NCBI GenBank assembly: GCA_004431415.1
Contig: QPMI01000535.1
Location: 248,001 to 312,000 of the forward strand
Length of the DNA: 64,000 bases
Direction: 5' to 3'
DNA from: Cyanophora paradoxa CCMP329
Taxonomy: Eukaryota; Plantae; Glaucophyta
Shown: one piece after another, positions 12,814-26,195 of the stretch
Position numbering within the stretch: the stretch's first letter is position 1
How the letters are laid out: the number at the start of each line of letters is the position of its first letter
Notes under the pieces: model-generated
What the model was told of the DNA's origin: nothing
Databases searched by the model: none
Seen by the model: the letters and a program-made list of their open reading frames with translations, nothing else
Made by a program: the position numbers and the translations under genes

Positions 12814-15427
12814 ATGCTCCGCACGCTGCGCCTCCGTCCGGCCGTCCCGGCCTCTTCCTCGGTGCATGCTGGATGTCGATTCGCGTCCCGGTCGCCGTAT
12901 CCGCGGCGGCTCTGATCGACCGCCGCATGCGCAGCTTCGGCGGCCGGCGGGCGAGGTCATCCCGCGTCGCAACCACACGCAGGACGTCCACCATGGACAT
13001 CAGCACCTCATGCCCCACCACCATGTACGCACCATCGCGCCGCCGACGCGGCCCGCAACCGACGGGGGCGGCAGAGCCCCGCGCCGAAGACGCTGGTGCT
13101 CAGCCAGAAGGAGATTGCGATGTTGCTGACGACGGAGCTCGCGTTCCCGGCCGTCGAGCGGACCTTCGCGGCACTCGGTCCGCACCCGCGCGGGCGGCGG
13201 GCCGTGACGCGCGTGCGCCGCGCCGAGGAAGTGAACCTCGCGCAGGGCGCGACGAGATCCACGTGCACAAGAAGCTCTTCATCGACATCCCACAGGCACG
13301 CGTCCCCGGCCCGATGTCGTCAGCGCCCGCTCGCCGGCGCGCCCCGGCCTGACGCCGCGCTCCAGATCTTCGCGGGCGAGTTCGCCGGCATGCCGGCGTA
13401 CGTCGACAACCCGCCCTCGGTCGGCTTCAAGGTCCGCCCGCCCGTCCGCCCGCCCGACGCATGTGCCGGCCGGCCGCCCGGCCGTTTCCTTTCCGCCGCG
13501 CGGCGCCCGAATTTGATCGCCTCGGCGGCCGCCGGCAGTGGGTCAACACGCACCCGAATAACCGCAACCGCCACGGCCTCCCGACGCTCATGGGCACCTT
13601 CATCCTCAGCGACCCATGTGCGAACGAAGGCCGCCGAAGCGCGCCGCGCCGCCCCCGCTGATCCTCCGCCGGCCAGCGAGCGCCGTGCCGATCGCGATCA
13701 TGGACGGCACAATCCTCACGGCCGTCCGCACGGGCTGCGCCTGCGCCGTCGCCTCGAAGTACCTCGCCAAGAAGGCGCGCGCCCGTACCCCCCGGCCGGC
13801 CTCGTCCCCCCCCGCCTGACGACGCTCGCGGCAGGTCCCCCGCACGCTCGGCCTCATCGGCACGGGCATGCAGGTGCCCGCCCCCCCGCCTTGGCGCCCC
13901 CCGCCTCCGCTCGCCGCCGCCCACTCCGCACCCCCCGCCCCTTCTCCGCAGGCCCGCATGCAGATCGCGGCGCACCGCTACCTGTACGCCCCCCTGGGGG
14001 TGCGCCTCAACGTCCTCGTCGCCGATCGCGACCCCGAGGCCGCCGAGAAGTTCGTCCACGAGGTCCGTACCCCCCCCCCCCCCTTCCGAGACGCGCCGCC
14101 GGCCGGATTCGAGCCCGTGCTATTTTCGCGGCGCAGGTGGGGGGCAAGGTCGCGTCGCTGGAGGAGGCGGCCCACTGCGACATCGTCTGCACCACGACCC
14201 CCTCCCGCGAGCCGGTGGGCCGGGGTTGAGGAGGGGAGCGCGCACCCCCGCCCTGCCCCTACTAAACCGCCCTTTGTTCTCTCAGATCGTGAAGCGGAAG
14301 TGGATCAACCCCGGGGCGCACATCAACGCAATTGGCGCCGACTCCCCGGGCAAGCAGGTCCGTGCCAAGAGAGAGAGGGTCTCTTCGGGGCGGCATAAAA
14401 TCCGTGCCATTAATGGGTGGCTATCAAGAGATCGTCGAGATAATCTGTCAGGTGGCATGAATGCAGCAATGCGGTAGTAGTATGCTCAGGCCAGGCGGTG
14501 CCCCCTAGGCTAAGGCGGGTCCCTGCCCGAGCGTCGCACTGCCCGGCGTCCCGCCTGTTCCGGTATCCCCGCAGTTCTGACCCCCTCCTCCTCCCCCTCG
14601 CGCAGGAGCTCGACCCCTCGCTCCTCAAGCACGCGCGGGCACGCACCCCCCCCCCCCCCTTCCCCCTCTCCCCACGCCTGAAAGGGGGTACAGGTCTTCG
14701 TGGACGACATGGAGCAGGCGATCCCGTCGGGCGAGGTCAACATGCCCATCTCCAAGGGTCCGTACCCCTCCTCTCCGCCCCCCCATCCTTCCGCCCTTGA
14801 CGCGTCTTCTTCTTCTCGTTCCGGCAGGGATCCTGAAGCGCGAGGACCTCGCCGGCTCGCTGGGCCAGGTGCGCCCGCCGGCAGAGGCTTCTCCCGGGGC
14901 GGCGCGCGCGCGGGGGACGCTGGGCGGGGGCGGGCCCTCCAGCTCTTAGCCCGCCTTCGATTTCCGCCGGATCCGGGGCTGACGACTCCGGCGCGGCGCG
15001 GCAGGTGGTGGCGGGCCTCGTCAAGGGCCGCACCGCCGACGACCAGGCCCGCCCCGCCCGGCCCCTTCCTTCCGCCCTCGAGCGGCGTCTGAGGGGGCGC
15101 GGGCGGGGGCGCAGATCACGATCTTCGACTCGACGGGCCTCGCGGTCCACGACACCGCCATCGCCGTGCGCCCCCGGCCCGCCCCCGGCCCCGGCCCCGG
15201 CCCCGTCGCCCTTCTCTCGATGCCTCCCCCTGCGGCCGAGGCGCTGAGGCGGGTCCCGGGGCGGGGGCGCAGCGGGTGGTGTACGAGCGCGCGCGGCAGC
15301 TCGGCGTCGGCGTCGAGGTCCGCGTACCCCCCCACGAGGCTCCCCTCCGGCCTCTGAGAGGGAGGTCCGGCGCGCGCAGGTTCAGATCTTCAACAACGAC
15401 GAGATCCACTGGCCCCGCGACGCCTAG
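12814..15427 (+). CDS. Ornithine cyclodeaminase/mu-crystallin family enzyme, closest in motifs to archaeal-type alanine dehydrogenase; N-terminal transit-peptide-like extension
   Basis: Spliced motifs KWVNTHPNN...GLPTLMG, MDGTILTAVRTG..AVASKYLA, LGLIGTGMQA (Rossmann), CDIVCTTTPSREP, HINAIGADSPGKQELD, SGEVN, ITIFDSTGLAVHD; ATG 12814 (MLRTLRLRPAVPASSS), TAG 15425-15427. Confidence 0.9.
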
Positions 15428-16092
15428 CCGCCTAGCCACCTAGCCGCCCCGCTCCGCCACGCCCCGCCTCGCTGGCTGTCACAGTGTAGGCCCCCTCGCC
15501 GCGGCCGCCCGGCCCCGAGGCCTGCCGAGTCTGATTAGATGGCTTGAGAGCGGGCGGGAGCTGCAGCTTTAGGGTCGCTTCAATTTCGTCCTCAAAGATA
15601 TCCCCAAGTTGGTTAACGTTCCAGCAAATCGAATCCGCCGCTACCATGACCATGGCATGCCCGGCCTCCATGATGGAGCCCGAGCACGAGCTGCACGAGA
15701 AGTTTTTCGAACCGTTGAACTGGATTCTGGAATTCGAAGCAGAACTTGCCATGGCCATTGATCGGACCGAAATTATGGCGATGTTGAGCAGGTTAATAGA
15801 GAGCCGGAGAGCCGAGCTCCATTGATCATCGGATCACGAGTTGATCGGTGAATAGTATCGCCAGTACAGTATCGGACCGGCCACGGCTCTGATGGAGCCC
15901 GAGCACGGGCTGCAGCTGCAGGCCGCGGCTCTCGTAATGTCCTGGCTCTCCCATCGTCGCTTCCTGGCGATACTGTTCACCATGAGCGGTTCACATTCGA
16001 CTTCACAGACAGCCGCGGCAGAGCAAGGGGCGCGGCGGGGCTCGAAGCTCGAGCGAGGGGCCCGCCCCGCCCTTCGGCGCCTGCGCCTGCGC

Positions 16093-17672
16093 CTAGATCC
16101 AGTTGTCCGGGCGGGTCTTGACCCAGCGCGCGATGCCTGCGGGCCGCCGGATCGCGAGCGGGCGTGAGGGAGGGACGGAAGAGCACGGGAGATGCCCCAG
16201 GCCCTCAATTCCCCTCGCGCACCGCTGTGGCAGGCCGTCTTGTCGACGGCCTTCCGCAGGTTCGGGAGCGTGTCCAGCACCGCGTTCACCTTGTCCTGCG
16301 CGCCGCGAACCCCGTCAGCCCGGGCCCGCCTCCCGCGCCCGTACCCCGGCGCGGGTCCCACCTTCGCGTCGTAGAAGTCGCGGAGAAGGTAGTAGAACTG
16401 TACATGTGCGCCACGGCGCCACGTCAGGGGCACGTCGAATTTGGGGGAAAGGGGGGTACGGGGGCGCACGTGGATGTCCGCGAGGGAGAGGCGGTTGCCG
16501 ACGAGGTACCCCCCGAAGCCGTCCGCCGCGTTCTTCGCCGCGAACGCCTCTACCCCCTTCAGCAGCGCCGCGAAGGTTGTGCTCCAGTACTCCTCAACCT
16601 GGGGTACGGGTTCGCACCCGCTCGGGGGGTACGGGATCGATCGAGAGCGGACCTTGGCCGGGCTCTCCTTCTTCGCGTCCATGTACTTCTGCTTGATGTC
16701 CAGCGCCTCTGCGGGGGGTACGCGTCGCCGCGCAGGCCCGGCGAGGGAGGGGGGTACGCACGCTCGCAGAGCGCGTCGATGAGGGCCGCCTGGATCTCGT
16801 CGTCTCCGAACATGCCGAAGCGCTGCGGGGGAGACTGAGCGGCGCGGGTACAGCGCGCGCGCATGGCCAGGGGTACGGGCGCGCACGCGGGCGAGGTAGC
16901 GCTCGATGGCGTGCGACTGGGGGATGATCTTGCCGTCCACGTGCAGGACCGGGATCTGGCCTGCGGATCGCGCTCGGATCGTTGGCGTGCGGGTCTAAGA
17001 GGGGCGCCGGCCCGGGTGCGCGGACCGAACGGGAACTTCCCGGCTGCGGGCGCAGCGCGCGCGCGCGTGCGTCAGCGTACGTCATTGCGGGCGGGCAGCG
17101 AAAGTCTGCCTCCCCCGGCGAACCTTCCTTGTCCGCGTTGAACTCGGGCTGCGCAGAAGCGCGCGGCGGTCGTCAGCGCCGCGCGGTTGGAGCGCCGGCG
17201 CCGCGGGCGGCCGGCGAGCAGCGGCCGATCCAACGCCCGCGCGTCATCGAGGCGCGGGGAGGGGGAGGCGAACCCGCTCGAACGTCTTCGAGATCGGGTA
17301 CCTAGCGATGCGGCGTCACAGGCAAGGAGGCGAAGCGCGAAGCGAGCCGCCGTCACCTGTAGTCCTCGTACTTCACACCAGCCGCCGCGAACACAAGGCG
17401 AGCGACCTAAAGAACAAGTATCAACCATATTGGTCGCAATCATGCCGCCACGGCGCCTGCGAACCTCGCCCTTGCTGTATACGAGTCGGACCGGCGGGCC
17501 GCGTCAGCCCAGAGCGAGGCGAAGCGTTTCTAGAGAGCAGCGCATTCAATTACGACGCACCCGCGGGCATCGAAGTACCTGTGCGAAGACGCGGGGCGAC
17601 GTCAGCGAGGAAGGTTCGGGCGGTGAGGGCGGTGACGGACACTAGCTTGTAGGACGACGCGCTGATGCCCAT
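16093..17672 (-). CDS. Glutathione S-transferase (sigma/alpha-like cytosolic GST)
   Basis: Spliced: MGISASSYKL.YFDARG.GE, KYEDYRYP, KFPFGQIPVLHVDGKIIPQSHAIERYLAR, YLVGNRLSLADI, IARWVKTRP; stop 16093. Confidence 0.9.
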
Positions 17673-17866
17673 GATTCCGGTCTGTAGTCCCTTACGGAAA
17701 AGACACGCGGCAGATCGAGTTTCGCTACAGTCCCCGCGAAAGGTGAAGAACCTGGGTATGCACAAGCGATGACAAGACCTCAGTTTCGCTGATCGAACCT
17801 GGGTACAGATCACGCCCAAATCGACCAGCACGAAACACGCTCAGAGGGCCGTTTTCTTCTACTAGA

Positions 17867-20800
17867 ATGGCCGCGGCAGACACGCTGCCGCCGCCTGCGG
17901 CGCCGATGCCTCCAAGCGCCATCCACCTGGACCCCCAAAACTTCCGAGTCCTGGGCTCGCAGCTGGGGGCTGACGAGTTCGTTTTGGACAACAGCGCCAT
18001 CGACGGCGTCATGGGGATCAACATGAAGCGCGCCCCGCGCGCTCGGCAGTTGCCCCGCCGCCGTCCGGCACTGACGCCGGCCCGCAGGAAGCTCTTCTCG
18101 ATTGACACTGACGCGCTTCAGCTCCTCTTTCACACCATCATTCGCTCTCTGCACCTGCAGAGCCAGGCGGTCGCGCAAGTGAAAGCCGGTGCGCCGTGTC
18201 CGCGCCTCCGAGTTGCCGCTCGCCGACGCGGGGCCGGCGGCGGGGCAGAGAGCGAGGCGCGGTTCGAGAGGATGCAGGCGACGATCGATTCGCAGCAGCG
18301 GGAGATCGCGGAGCTGCGGGACAGCACCTTCGACCTCGCGGCGGCGCGGGCGGAGCTTCAGGAGAACCTCGACGCCCAGAAGGAGGCCCTGGGCGCACTC
18401 CAGGCGCGCCTGCGCCTGCACCTCGCCGCCGCGCCGCTCGGCCTCCGCGCGGCCTCTCATCAGAGGCGGCGGCGCGCGGGGCAGACTCTGGTGGACGACC
18501 GCGCCTCGGAGTCCAGGGAGGCCCTGGAGGGCCTGCGGGTGCGCGGCGGCGCCCCCGCGCTCCCCGCCCCGAGCTCCGGGCCGAAGGGGCGCGCCCCGCG
18601 CGCAGTCGCGGGTGGACGAGGCGGAGCAGGGCCTCGCGACGATGCAGGAGCAGCACGCCCTCCTCGCCCAGCAGGTGTACCCCCCGCTCGCCCTCGCGCC
18701 GCCGTACCCCTGGCCGGGCGACGCTGAGACCCTTCGCTCGCAGGTGGACGGCATCGAGGAGAAGGTGATCGCGCAGACGCCCGGCCCCCTCTCCGTCCAG
18801 GCGCGGCGTACCCCTCCCCCACCCACCCCACCCCTTGCACATCTTTCTCCCCCCCCCCTGAAGGGTCCGGGGTACAGTCTCCGGCAACGGGCGGCCGGGC
18901 GCCGTCCGCGACGTCCTCCGCGGGGTCCGAGGGCGCCGCCTCCCGCCTCGCCGGGCCCTCCGCCGCCGGCCCCGCCCGCCTCTGTGCGCGCCCACCCCGC
19001 CCCGCCCCGCAACATGCAGTGCCCTCTGACTCCCCGCCGCGCAGGGGCCGACGCCAGATTGCAGGCCCGCATCGACTGGCTCACAGGCGCGCCCGCCCCG
19101 GCGCTCTCCGTACCCGCCCGCCTCGTCTGATCCCCCCCCCCCCCCCCCCCCCAGAGTCGGTCATGCGCCTCGGGGGCGCGCTGAGGGCCCTCGCGACGGC
19201 CCCGCCGGGAGCCGAGGCCCGCGACGTGCGTTTACCACCCCTCGCCTCGCCCGCGGCCCGCCTACCCTCGCTGACCCCGCTGAGCGAAGGTCATCACTGA
19301 CAACCTCCTGCCGCTGCCGCCGCCGGCGGAGGGGCCCTCGTCGGGCGCCGGCTCGCGGCGGCCCTCCGTCGCGGCCGGCTCGGTGCCGGGGTCCCCCGCG
19401 CGCAAGGCGAGCGCGGCGAGCGCGGCGGCGGCAGAGGAAGAGGGGAGCCTCCACGGGGGAGCCGGCTTCGGCGCCCTGTGCGCCCTGCCCGCCCGCCCGC
19501 CCCCCGAGGAGCGGCCCACTTCGGGCGCCTTCGCTCGCTCGCTCTGACCGCCGCCCCCGCCTTCGTCCGCAGGATGGCGAACAGGAACCTCGAGGCCCGC
19601 CTCGAGTGAGCGCCGCCGCCGCCGGTCCCCCCCGCCGTGCACCCTGAAGCGGTACCCCCCGCCAGGGCGGCGAGGGCGGCGCGGGAGGAGGAGCTCCGCT
19701 CGCTGCACGAGACGGTCCGCATCGAGTTCGAATCCCGCCTCGCGGTGCGTCTACCGCCCCCCTCACCGTACACCGTACCCCCCTGATCCTCCCCCCCCCC
19801 AGGGAGAGCTGGAGGCGCTGGAGAAGCGCGTGGGGGAGGCGCTGCGGGCGGAGGTTCGCGGGATCCAGTCCCTCCTCGACCGCAAGGCGCGCCCGTTGGG
19901 GCCGGGGGGGTACGCGCTCGCGCGGGTGGGGGTACCTGAACCCCGTCGCAGGCGGCGGCGGAGGAGTTCTCGCGCCTGTCGGTCGTCCTGAACGAGTTCG
20001 GGAAGAACGTGCGCGTACCCCGGGAACGTCCCCCTCCCCCCTTCTCCTGACTCCGGGGGGTACAGCTCCAGGCGGCCGTGGAGGAGTACCGCGAGACGGG
20101 CCGCGTTTCGGCCGAGGGGCTCGCGGACGCCGCCGCGGTACCACCCCAGCACCACCGCCGCCGTACCCCCTCCTCCCGGAAATCCGACGGGTCCGGCGGC
20201 TCGGCAGCGGCTGGAGGCGGCGGAGGGGCGGCTGTCCGAGCTGGAGGAGGCGGCGCGTGGAGCCGACGAGGCCCGCGCCTCCGACCGCGCCGTGGGCCCC
20301 CCCATCCCTGTACCCCCGACCGCCCGGCTGAGGCCGCCCGGGGCGGGCAGGGGGCGGTGCGGGTCGCGGCGCAGGTCGCCGACCTCGCCGCCCGCCTCGC
20401 CGCCCTCACCGACTCCAAGGCCGAGTGGCGCGCCCCGTACCCCCGCCTCCCCCTCGCTCGTGTACCCCCCCCCCCCCGCTGACTCCCCCCCAGGAACGAG
20501 GTGGTGGCGCTGGTGAACCGGCAGGCGGCGGTGCAGCAGGCGGAGAAGGCCGACAAGGCCTTCGTCCAGGTGCCCCCGCTCGCCTCTCCCCCTCGTACCC
20601 CTCGTGGGGGCCGAATCCAGGGCGAGAGCGTCCTCCCCCGCCTTTCGCCTCACGGCCTCCCCCGCAGGCTGCGCTGCGGAAGGTTGTGCTGAAGCTGGAC
20701 GCGGCGGCCGTCGTCCTCGGCGACGTCAAGGCCGAGCTCCGCGTCCGCCCCGGCGCCCCGCCGCCCTCCCTGCCACGCTGCTAGGCCTCACGTTCGGGCG

Positions 20801-21949
20801 GGGGCGCGCAGGAGCACGACGCTTGCCTTGCGCGCCTCCTCGAGCAGGACGGCGCCGCCGCCGCCCGCGTCCGCCCCGCCCCGCTCCGCCCCGCCCCTCG
20901 CCTTTCCCTTTCCTTTACTCTCCCCTCGCCCCCGGCAGATGCACTTCCGGTGCCTCTCGTGCGACAAGTACCAGCCCCGCGGCAGCGAGCACGCCGACAA
21001 GATGCCCCAGGCGCGCGCGAGCCCCTCCCCGCGCCCCTCGCCCGCCCCTCCCCGCGCGGCTCAGCGGGCGGGGCGCAGCTGGCGGCGTTCCCGGCGTCGC
21101 CGCAGCGCAACCCGAACCTCGTCGCCTCCCGAGAGTGAGCGAGCGCTCCCCGCCGCCATCGTTAGAAGACGAGGGCTGAGGCTGATGCTTTGCCCGCGGC
21201 GCAGCGCCTCGCCGCCGCCGTCGCGGGAGCGGCCCGCCGTCCCCTCCATCGACCTCGGCCTCGTTGGCCGCGCCGGGGGCGGGGGCGGCGGGGCGCAGTC
21301 GCAGCGCTCGCCGCAGCCGCCGGCCTCGACGCGCATCAAGCCCTCGATGCTGCGCCCGCTGTACAGCCCCACGCTTCGGGCGCTGGTGGAGGAGGGGAGC
21401 CTGGGCCTGGGCGCGCGCCCCAAGGAGGAGCGGGACTGGAACCCGGAGGCGGAGCGGGCGGAGGACGAGGGGGCGTTCCGCGAGGCCCTCGACGGCCTCG
21501 CGGGGCACGGCCCGCACCCCCGACCCAGGCCGGCATGGGCGGGGGCCTCCCGCTGCGCGTCCCGACCCTCACCCGCGGCGGCACCGCCCCCGCCGGCGCC
21601 TCCCGCCGCGACAAGGGCCCCGCCGGCGCGCCCCCGCCCCGCCCCGCCCCTCCACCCGCCACCCCGTGACGTCACGACCCCCGCAGGCTTCGGCATGCGC
21701 GGCCGCGACGAGCAGGACTCCCGCGGCTCCGGTGCGCGCTGTACCCCCTTCCCTCCCCTTCCCCCCAGTAAACCCCCCCCCCTCCCCCCGGCAGCGCGGA
21801 CGGGCGGGGGCGCCGGCGTGTCGCTCTCGGTGACGTCCTCCTCGGCGGGGGCCTCGGGGCGCGTGCTCTCCCTCGCGGGGGCGAGCCCGCCGTCGACGCG
21901 GGGCGGCCCCGGCACGGGCCCCCTCGCCGAGGAGGCCGCCGTCGACTGA
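17867..21949 (+). CDS. Long coiled-coil protein with C-terminal HFRCLSCD motif (QRICH2/C16orf96/DUF4795-like, possibly flagellar)
   Basis: Heptad-rich exons (ARFERMQATIDSQQREIAELRD, RVDEAEQGLATMQEQH), KADK-type repeats, MHFRCLSCDK at ~20939; about 20 short introns. Confidence 0.65.
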
Positions 21950-22336
21950 GGCGGCCCGGGCCGCCCCGACCTCCCCTAGCACCTCCGCTCCGGACAGGCC
22001 GGTCTAAATTTAGAGCAGGCCGGGCTCGCCGTGGAGGGGCCCACCGGCCCCAGATCTAGATCTAGAGCAGGCTAGATTCACCAGGACCCGGAGATGCATG
22101 CTTGGGACTTGTATAGCTTTGTAAACAATTGCGAGATGATCATGCTCAGGAGAGCTATATATATGAACGGAGTAGCTATAGAATGCGCCCGGGCGGCACC
22201 AAGGGGCCGGGGGTACTCGCTTTGCCTGTTCAAGCTCGAGACAGCACGTACAGAATGTGACTAAACAGGACTTGCAATTTAATTGCACCCCGAATTCGAA
22301 TTCGCGGTCGATCGAGGCGAGGCTCGAGAGCTTGAT

Positions 22337-25300
22337 CTAGAGCTGGGCAAAGGTGCTGGCTGGGCCCGACTTGAGGCACATGCGGACGGCCCCGGAGCCG
22401 GAGCCGGCCCGGCTGCAGTCGCTGCACGGGTCCGCCGCCTCCGCCACGCGCCAGTCGTACACACCCACCGCCCTGCCCGCCATCAAATATCAGATCACTG
22501 GCTTGCGGTGTCGGAGCTCATGATCAAGGGGCGCGCACCCGTAGCCGCCGCAGAAGGCGCCCGGGGGGGAGGCCCCCATGCAGGCGGTGCTGCAGCCGGT
22601 GTACGCGGTGCCCTGGGGGGCCGGCCCGAGGCGGGAAGCGGCGTCTAGGCTCCCCGAGACGAGGCAGAGGGACCAAGACACGCCGAAGAAGCGGAAGCCG
22701 AGGCGGGCCGCCTCCGCCGCGCACGCGCCGAGGCCGTTGTCGGGCGGCGCGCTCACCGACTGCATCACCGGCGCCGCCGCCGCCGCGTCGAAGGCGAAGC
22801 AGCCGCGGTACGCGTAGGGGAGGGGCGCGGCCGGCGTGTAGGACGGGGTCGGGGAGGGCGTCGCCGTGGGGCTCGAATTCGGCGCCTGCCACGAGGAGAT
22901 TGAGCGCAAATTCAGCTCGACAATGTTAATATTGGAAGCTTCAGTTTGTACAAGTGATCATTAATATTCATGATTCACGGATCAAGGATTCGTGATTATT
23001 AATATTTAGATTATGCAACACATTGGAACACGAATATTCATGATTATTAAATTTTAAAATGCATTTGCGATCATGATCGATATCATTCAATGATTGGAAT
23101 GCAATTCATGATCATTTTGCCGAACGTTCATGATCATAAAAATGCAATTGCGCATGCAACGGCGTCACTTGCAATTGCAATTTTATTCAACAGCACCTGT
23201 ACCTCAGTTGAGGTCTGGTTGGCCTTGGGCAGCACACGGTAGACGAAGATAGCGGTCGCTTTGGTCTCCTGGCGGTGCCAGACGTTGTAGACGACGCCTG
23301 GCCGTAGAAGATGGGCGCAGTCAGCACTACCATGCGCATGCATGCATTTATGCTATTTCACTGTTCGCTGAAATAGCTCCCAGCCGCAAACGAACCCTCC
23401 GGAGAGGCAGTAACGAGCTCCCAGTTGCTGAATTCGAAAAAGGCAAAGTCAGCGAATGTGAGGGGTTAGGGTTGGGGTTTATGCTAATTTATCACGATCT
23501 CGATACCGATGCGCGAGCATGTATTTATCTCGCTCGAGCGCGTACGGTTCGCGCACACGCAAGCCTCAGAGCCCCAAGTGCTGGTCGCCGCCGTGTTCGG
23601 GCAAAGGCCGGCGGGTGCGATCGGCTGGAGCCTGCCGTTACCGTCCCCGATGGGGCCCCCCGTCGTGTTCATCGCGTAGCTACGAGCGGGTCAAGCATTT
23701 ACAGCGACCGCGATCACGATTCATCACAAAAGCACGCGCACAGGTAGCCGACTGCTGCGACGACGAGCCTTGCGTCTTGTCCCCTGTAAGCTTAAGGTTT
23801 GCGGTTAACTTTAGTAATGAAGAAAAGGGATGGGGCTGGCGAGGAGAAGGTGGCCGGAGTGGGAGGGAGGAGCCGGGGGGGGGGGGGGGGGGGGGGGGGG
23901 CGGGAGGGGGGGGGGGGGCGGGAGGGGGGGGGGAGGAGGAGGGCGCGGGGTAGAAAGGGGCTGGAAAAAGGGGTGAAGGGGCGAAACGACATTCACACAC
24001 GCACGCGGCGTTTTGGACGAGGGTGAGGTGGCCCCCAATTCCGCCGACGGGACCCGAGCCGAGGGGCCCCGCGATCTGCTGGGAGGTGTAGGGCGCCCTC
24101 GTCGAAATCTGCGGTCGATCCCGAAACAGATCATGATCAGAAAAGATCCGTCGACAGTATTTGATAAGCCGCGCGCGCATCTCACCTTGAAAACGAGTCG
24201 ATCTGTCGTGGCTGCGTACACGTACGGCTGCGTCCGATCCGCCACGAGGCCTCGAAATTCTGGGTACGCATATAAGTATACGATTTGCAAATTAAAGAGC
24301 GGAATTCGAAGCCTATGTCTACGTATCCGATCGCGGCGATCGCGATATGTACCGATTTCCTGGGGATCGGTCGGCACTCGAAGCCTCATGGCGGCGACCA
24401 CGACGTCGCTTCCTGTTCGAAACTTATATGATTAATTAATATAATTATGGCTTGCAATTGTTCGCACCGTCCGTGTTCATACTCCACACTTCGCTTCGGG
24501 GCGCCTGAATAGAAACGAAGACGCGGTTCTCGACGGGGGAGTACGCGATTCCGCGAATTATTCCCATAAGCATGCGCCCCGTCGCGTTCGACGGCCGCTG
24601 CCCGACCTGTAAACTCGCTCGTCAAGCTCATGCGTATATGTGCACGGCAGCACGGCCGGTGAGGGTCCGGATCCGACCGTGTGGGCGGGCGCTGTTTGCT
24701 CCGAGCAAGTGCCGGTGCCCGGCAGACGTCCCAAATCGTGGTCCGGGCCATCGAATGCGGAGACGGTGTTCGTGGCCGGGTCGTAAAGACGCACTGCCGA
24801 GATATTATAATTAATGATCATGAGACACATATATATAAGTGTCGTCGATACGGAAGGTCTACAGCTCCGGGACTCACGGCGGCAGTTATACTGCGGAAGG
24901 GCATCGATGTGCATTACTCAAAATAAGAATTCGAATAGCGAAGATGGGGGAGGGGTAGGGGGGGCGAATAAGACGGGGGCCTACGCACTTCCCCGAGAAG
25001 AACTTTCTTGTTCGGCAGAGCTGAGAAGGAAAACGCGCAGAAAAGGCACTCGATTCATTAATATTACGCGCGGTCATTAATATTGTGCGTATCAGGGGGC
25101 ATGATGAGCAGCTCACGTTCAATTCCAGAGATCCAACTGCGAAAACACGCACACAGGCGGAATATTTAATAAATATTCGGCCGCCGGCCGCGCCTAGGGT
25201 CGCGATCGGATCCCGTATGAGGAAAATTTAGAGGATGGGTGTAATAAAGTGGGAGGAATAAATATACGGCCGTGGGCCGTACCGGCCGCGGGCTCAACTA

Positions 25301-26195
25301 AATTGAAGGCCCAGAAGGTGGGAGTAATAAAATTCTATGCATGAGACACTGCAAGCTCAAGCCGATTATCGATAGCACGCACTTGAATGAAGCAGTAGAG
25401 CTGCCTCCGTCGACGTCGCCCGAGTACGGCATACCGAGCATCTTCTCCAGAGAGCACGTCGCCGTGTGGACCTGCATGCGTGTGTACATACAGCAGTCAG
25501 CCTCTCGAGTCTCTATCTTCTCTGTTCGTCGTGTAGAATATAGCGCCCGACTTCAAATTGACCTTGTATAGGTAGTAAACTACGAAAATCGAAAGACAGT
25601 TTGATTAGGACATTGAAAACGCCAAGAGAACTCGAAGCATGCGTGCGCACATGTGCTGTACCAGAGAACTTGATTATACTGCGCGCAGAGTACGCGCGCG
25701 CGCGCGTCTTTTGAAAAGGCCAGCAAGAAGGATAAGGGGCCAAGAAAGGCCGCGGGCGCACCTCGTCGTATTTGAGGCCAGCGACCCAATCCATGATCGC
25801 GTTCGTCCCCTGCACGGGCCCTGGAGAGGGCGCGATCATGCTCATAATCAGGCCCGAATGATCATGAGTTCAAACTGACATACCGACGGTGTTGTCGACC
25901 GGACCCGCGCCATATGCCAGGTTTCCCACGCAATGCGCGCTGTTGGCTCTTGTAAGCCACGTGCACCCGGCCCCGCGCGCGCGCCAGGGATTGCGGGGGC
26001 GCGCGCAGGCGAGAGAGCGCGCGCGCACTACTGCCCGACGGGGAGGTCGACGAGGTTGGGGTCGGCGCCCGGCGGCAGGTGGGGAGCTGGCAGGGCGGCG
26101 TGGACGAGCACGCCGCATGCGCAGAGCGACAGCACCAGCGAGTGCAGGGCCAGCAGCCAGCTGCGGCTGCGGCCGCAGAGCGCTCCTCGTCGCAT
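22337..26195 (-). CDS. Secreted protein with C-terminal WSC carbohydrate-binding domain
   Basis: Signal peptide MRRGALCGRSRSWLLALHSLVLSLCACGVLVHA (ATG 26195); WSC pattern YRGCF...ACAAEAARLGFRFFGV..LCLV...CSTACMG...FCGG at 22540-22815; stop 22337. Internal exons only partly resolved. Confidence 0.65.

Noticed and set aside
15432-15980. Short ORFs with duplicated ATGGAGCCCGAGCACG (CSxCSGSI) between two convergent genes
   Set aside because: No coherent gene model or family; probably a decayed fragment.
23460-23480. GGGGTTAGGGTTGGGG, telomere-like
   Set aside because: Only one true TTAGGG unit, inside an intron-like region.
23876-23940. Long poly-G/poly-C runs as special structures
   Set aside because: Common in introns throughout the window, and their lengths are unreliable in long-read assemblies.
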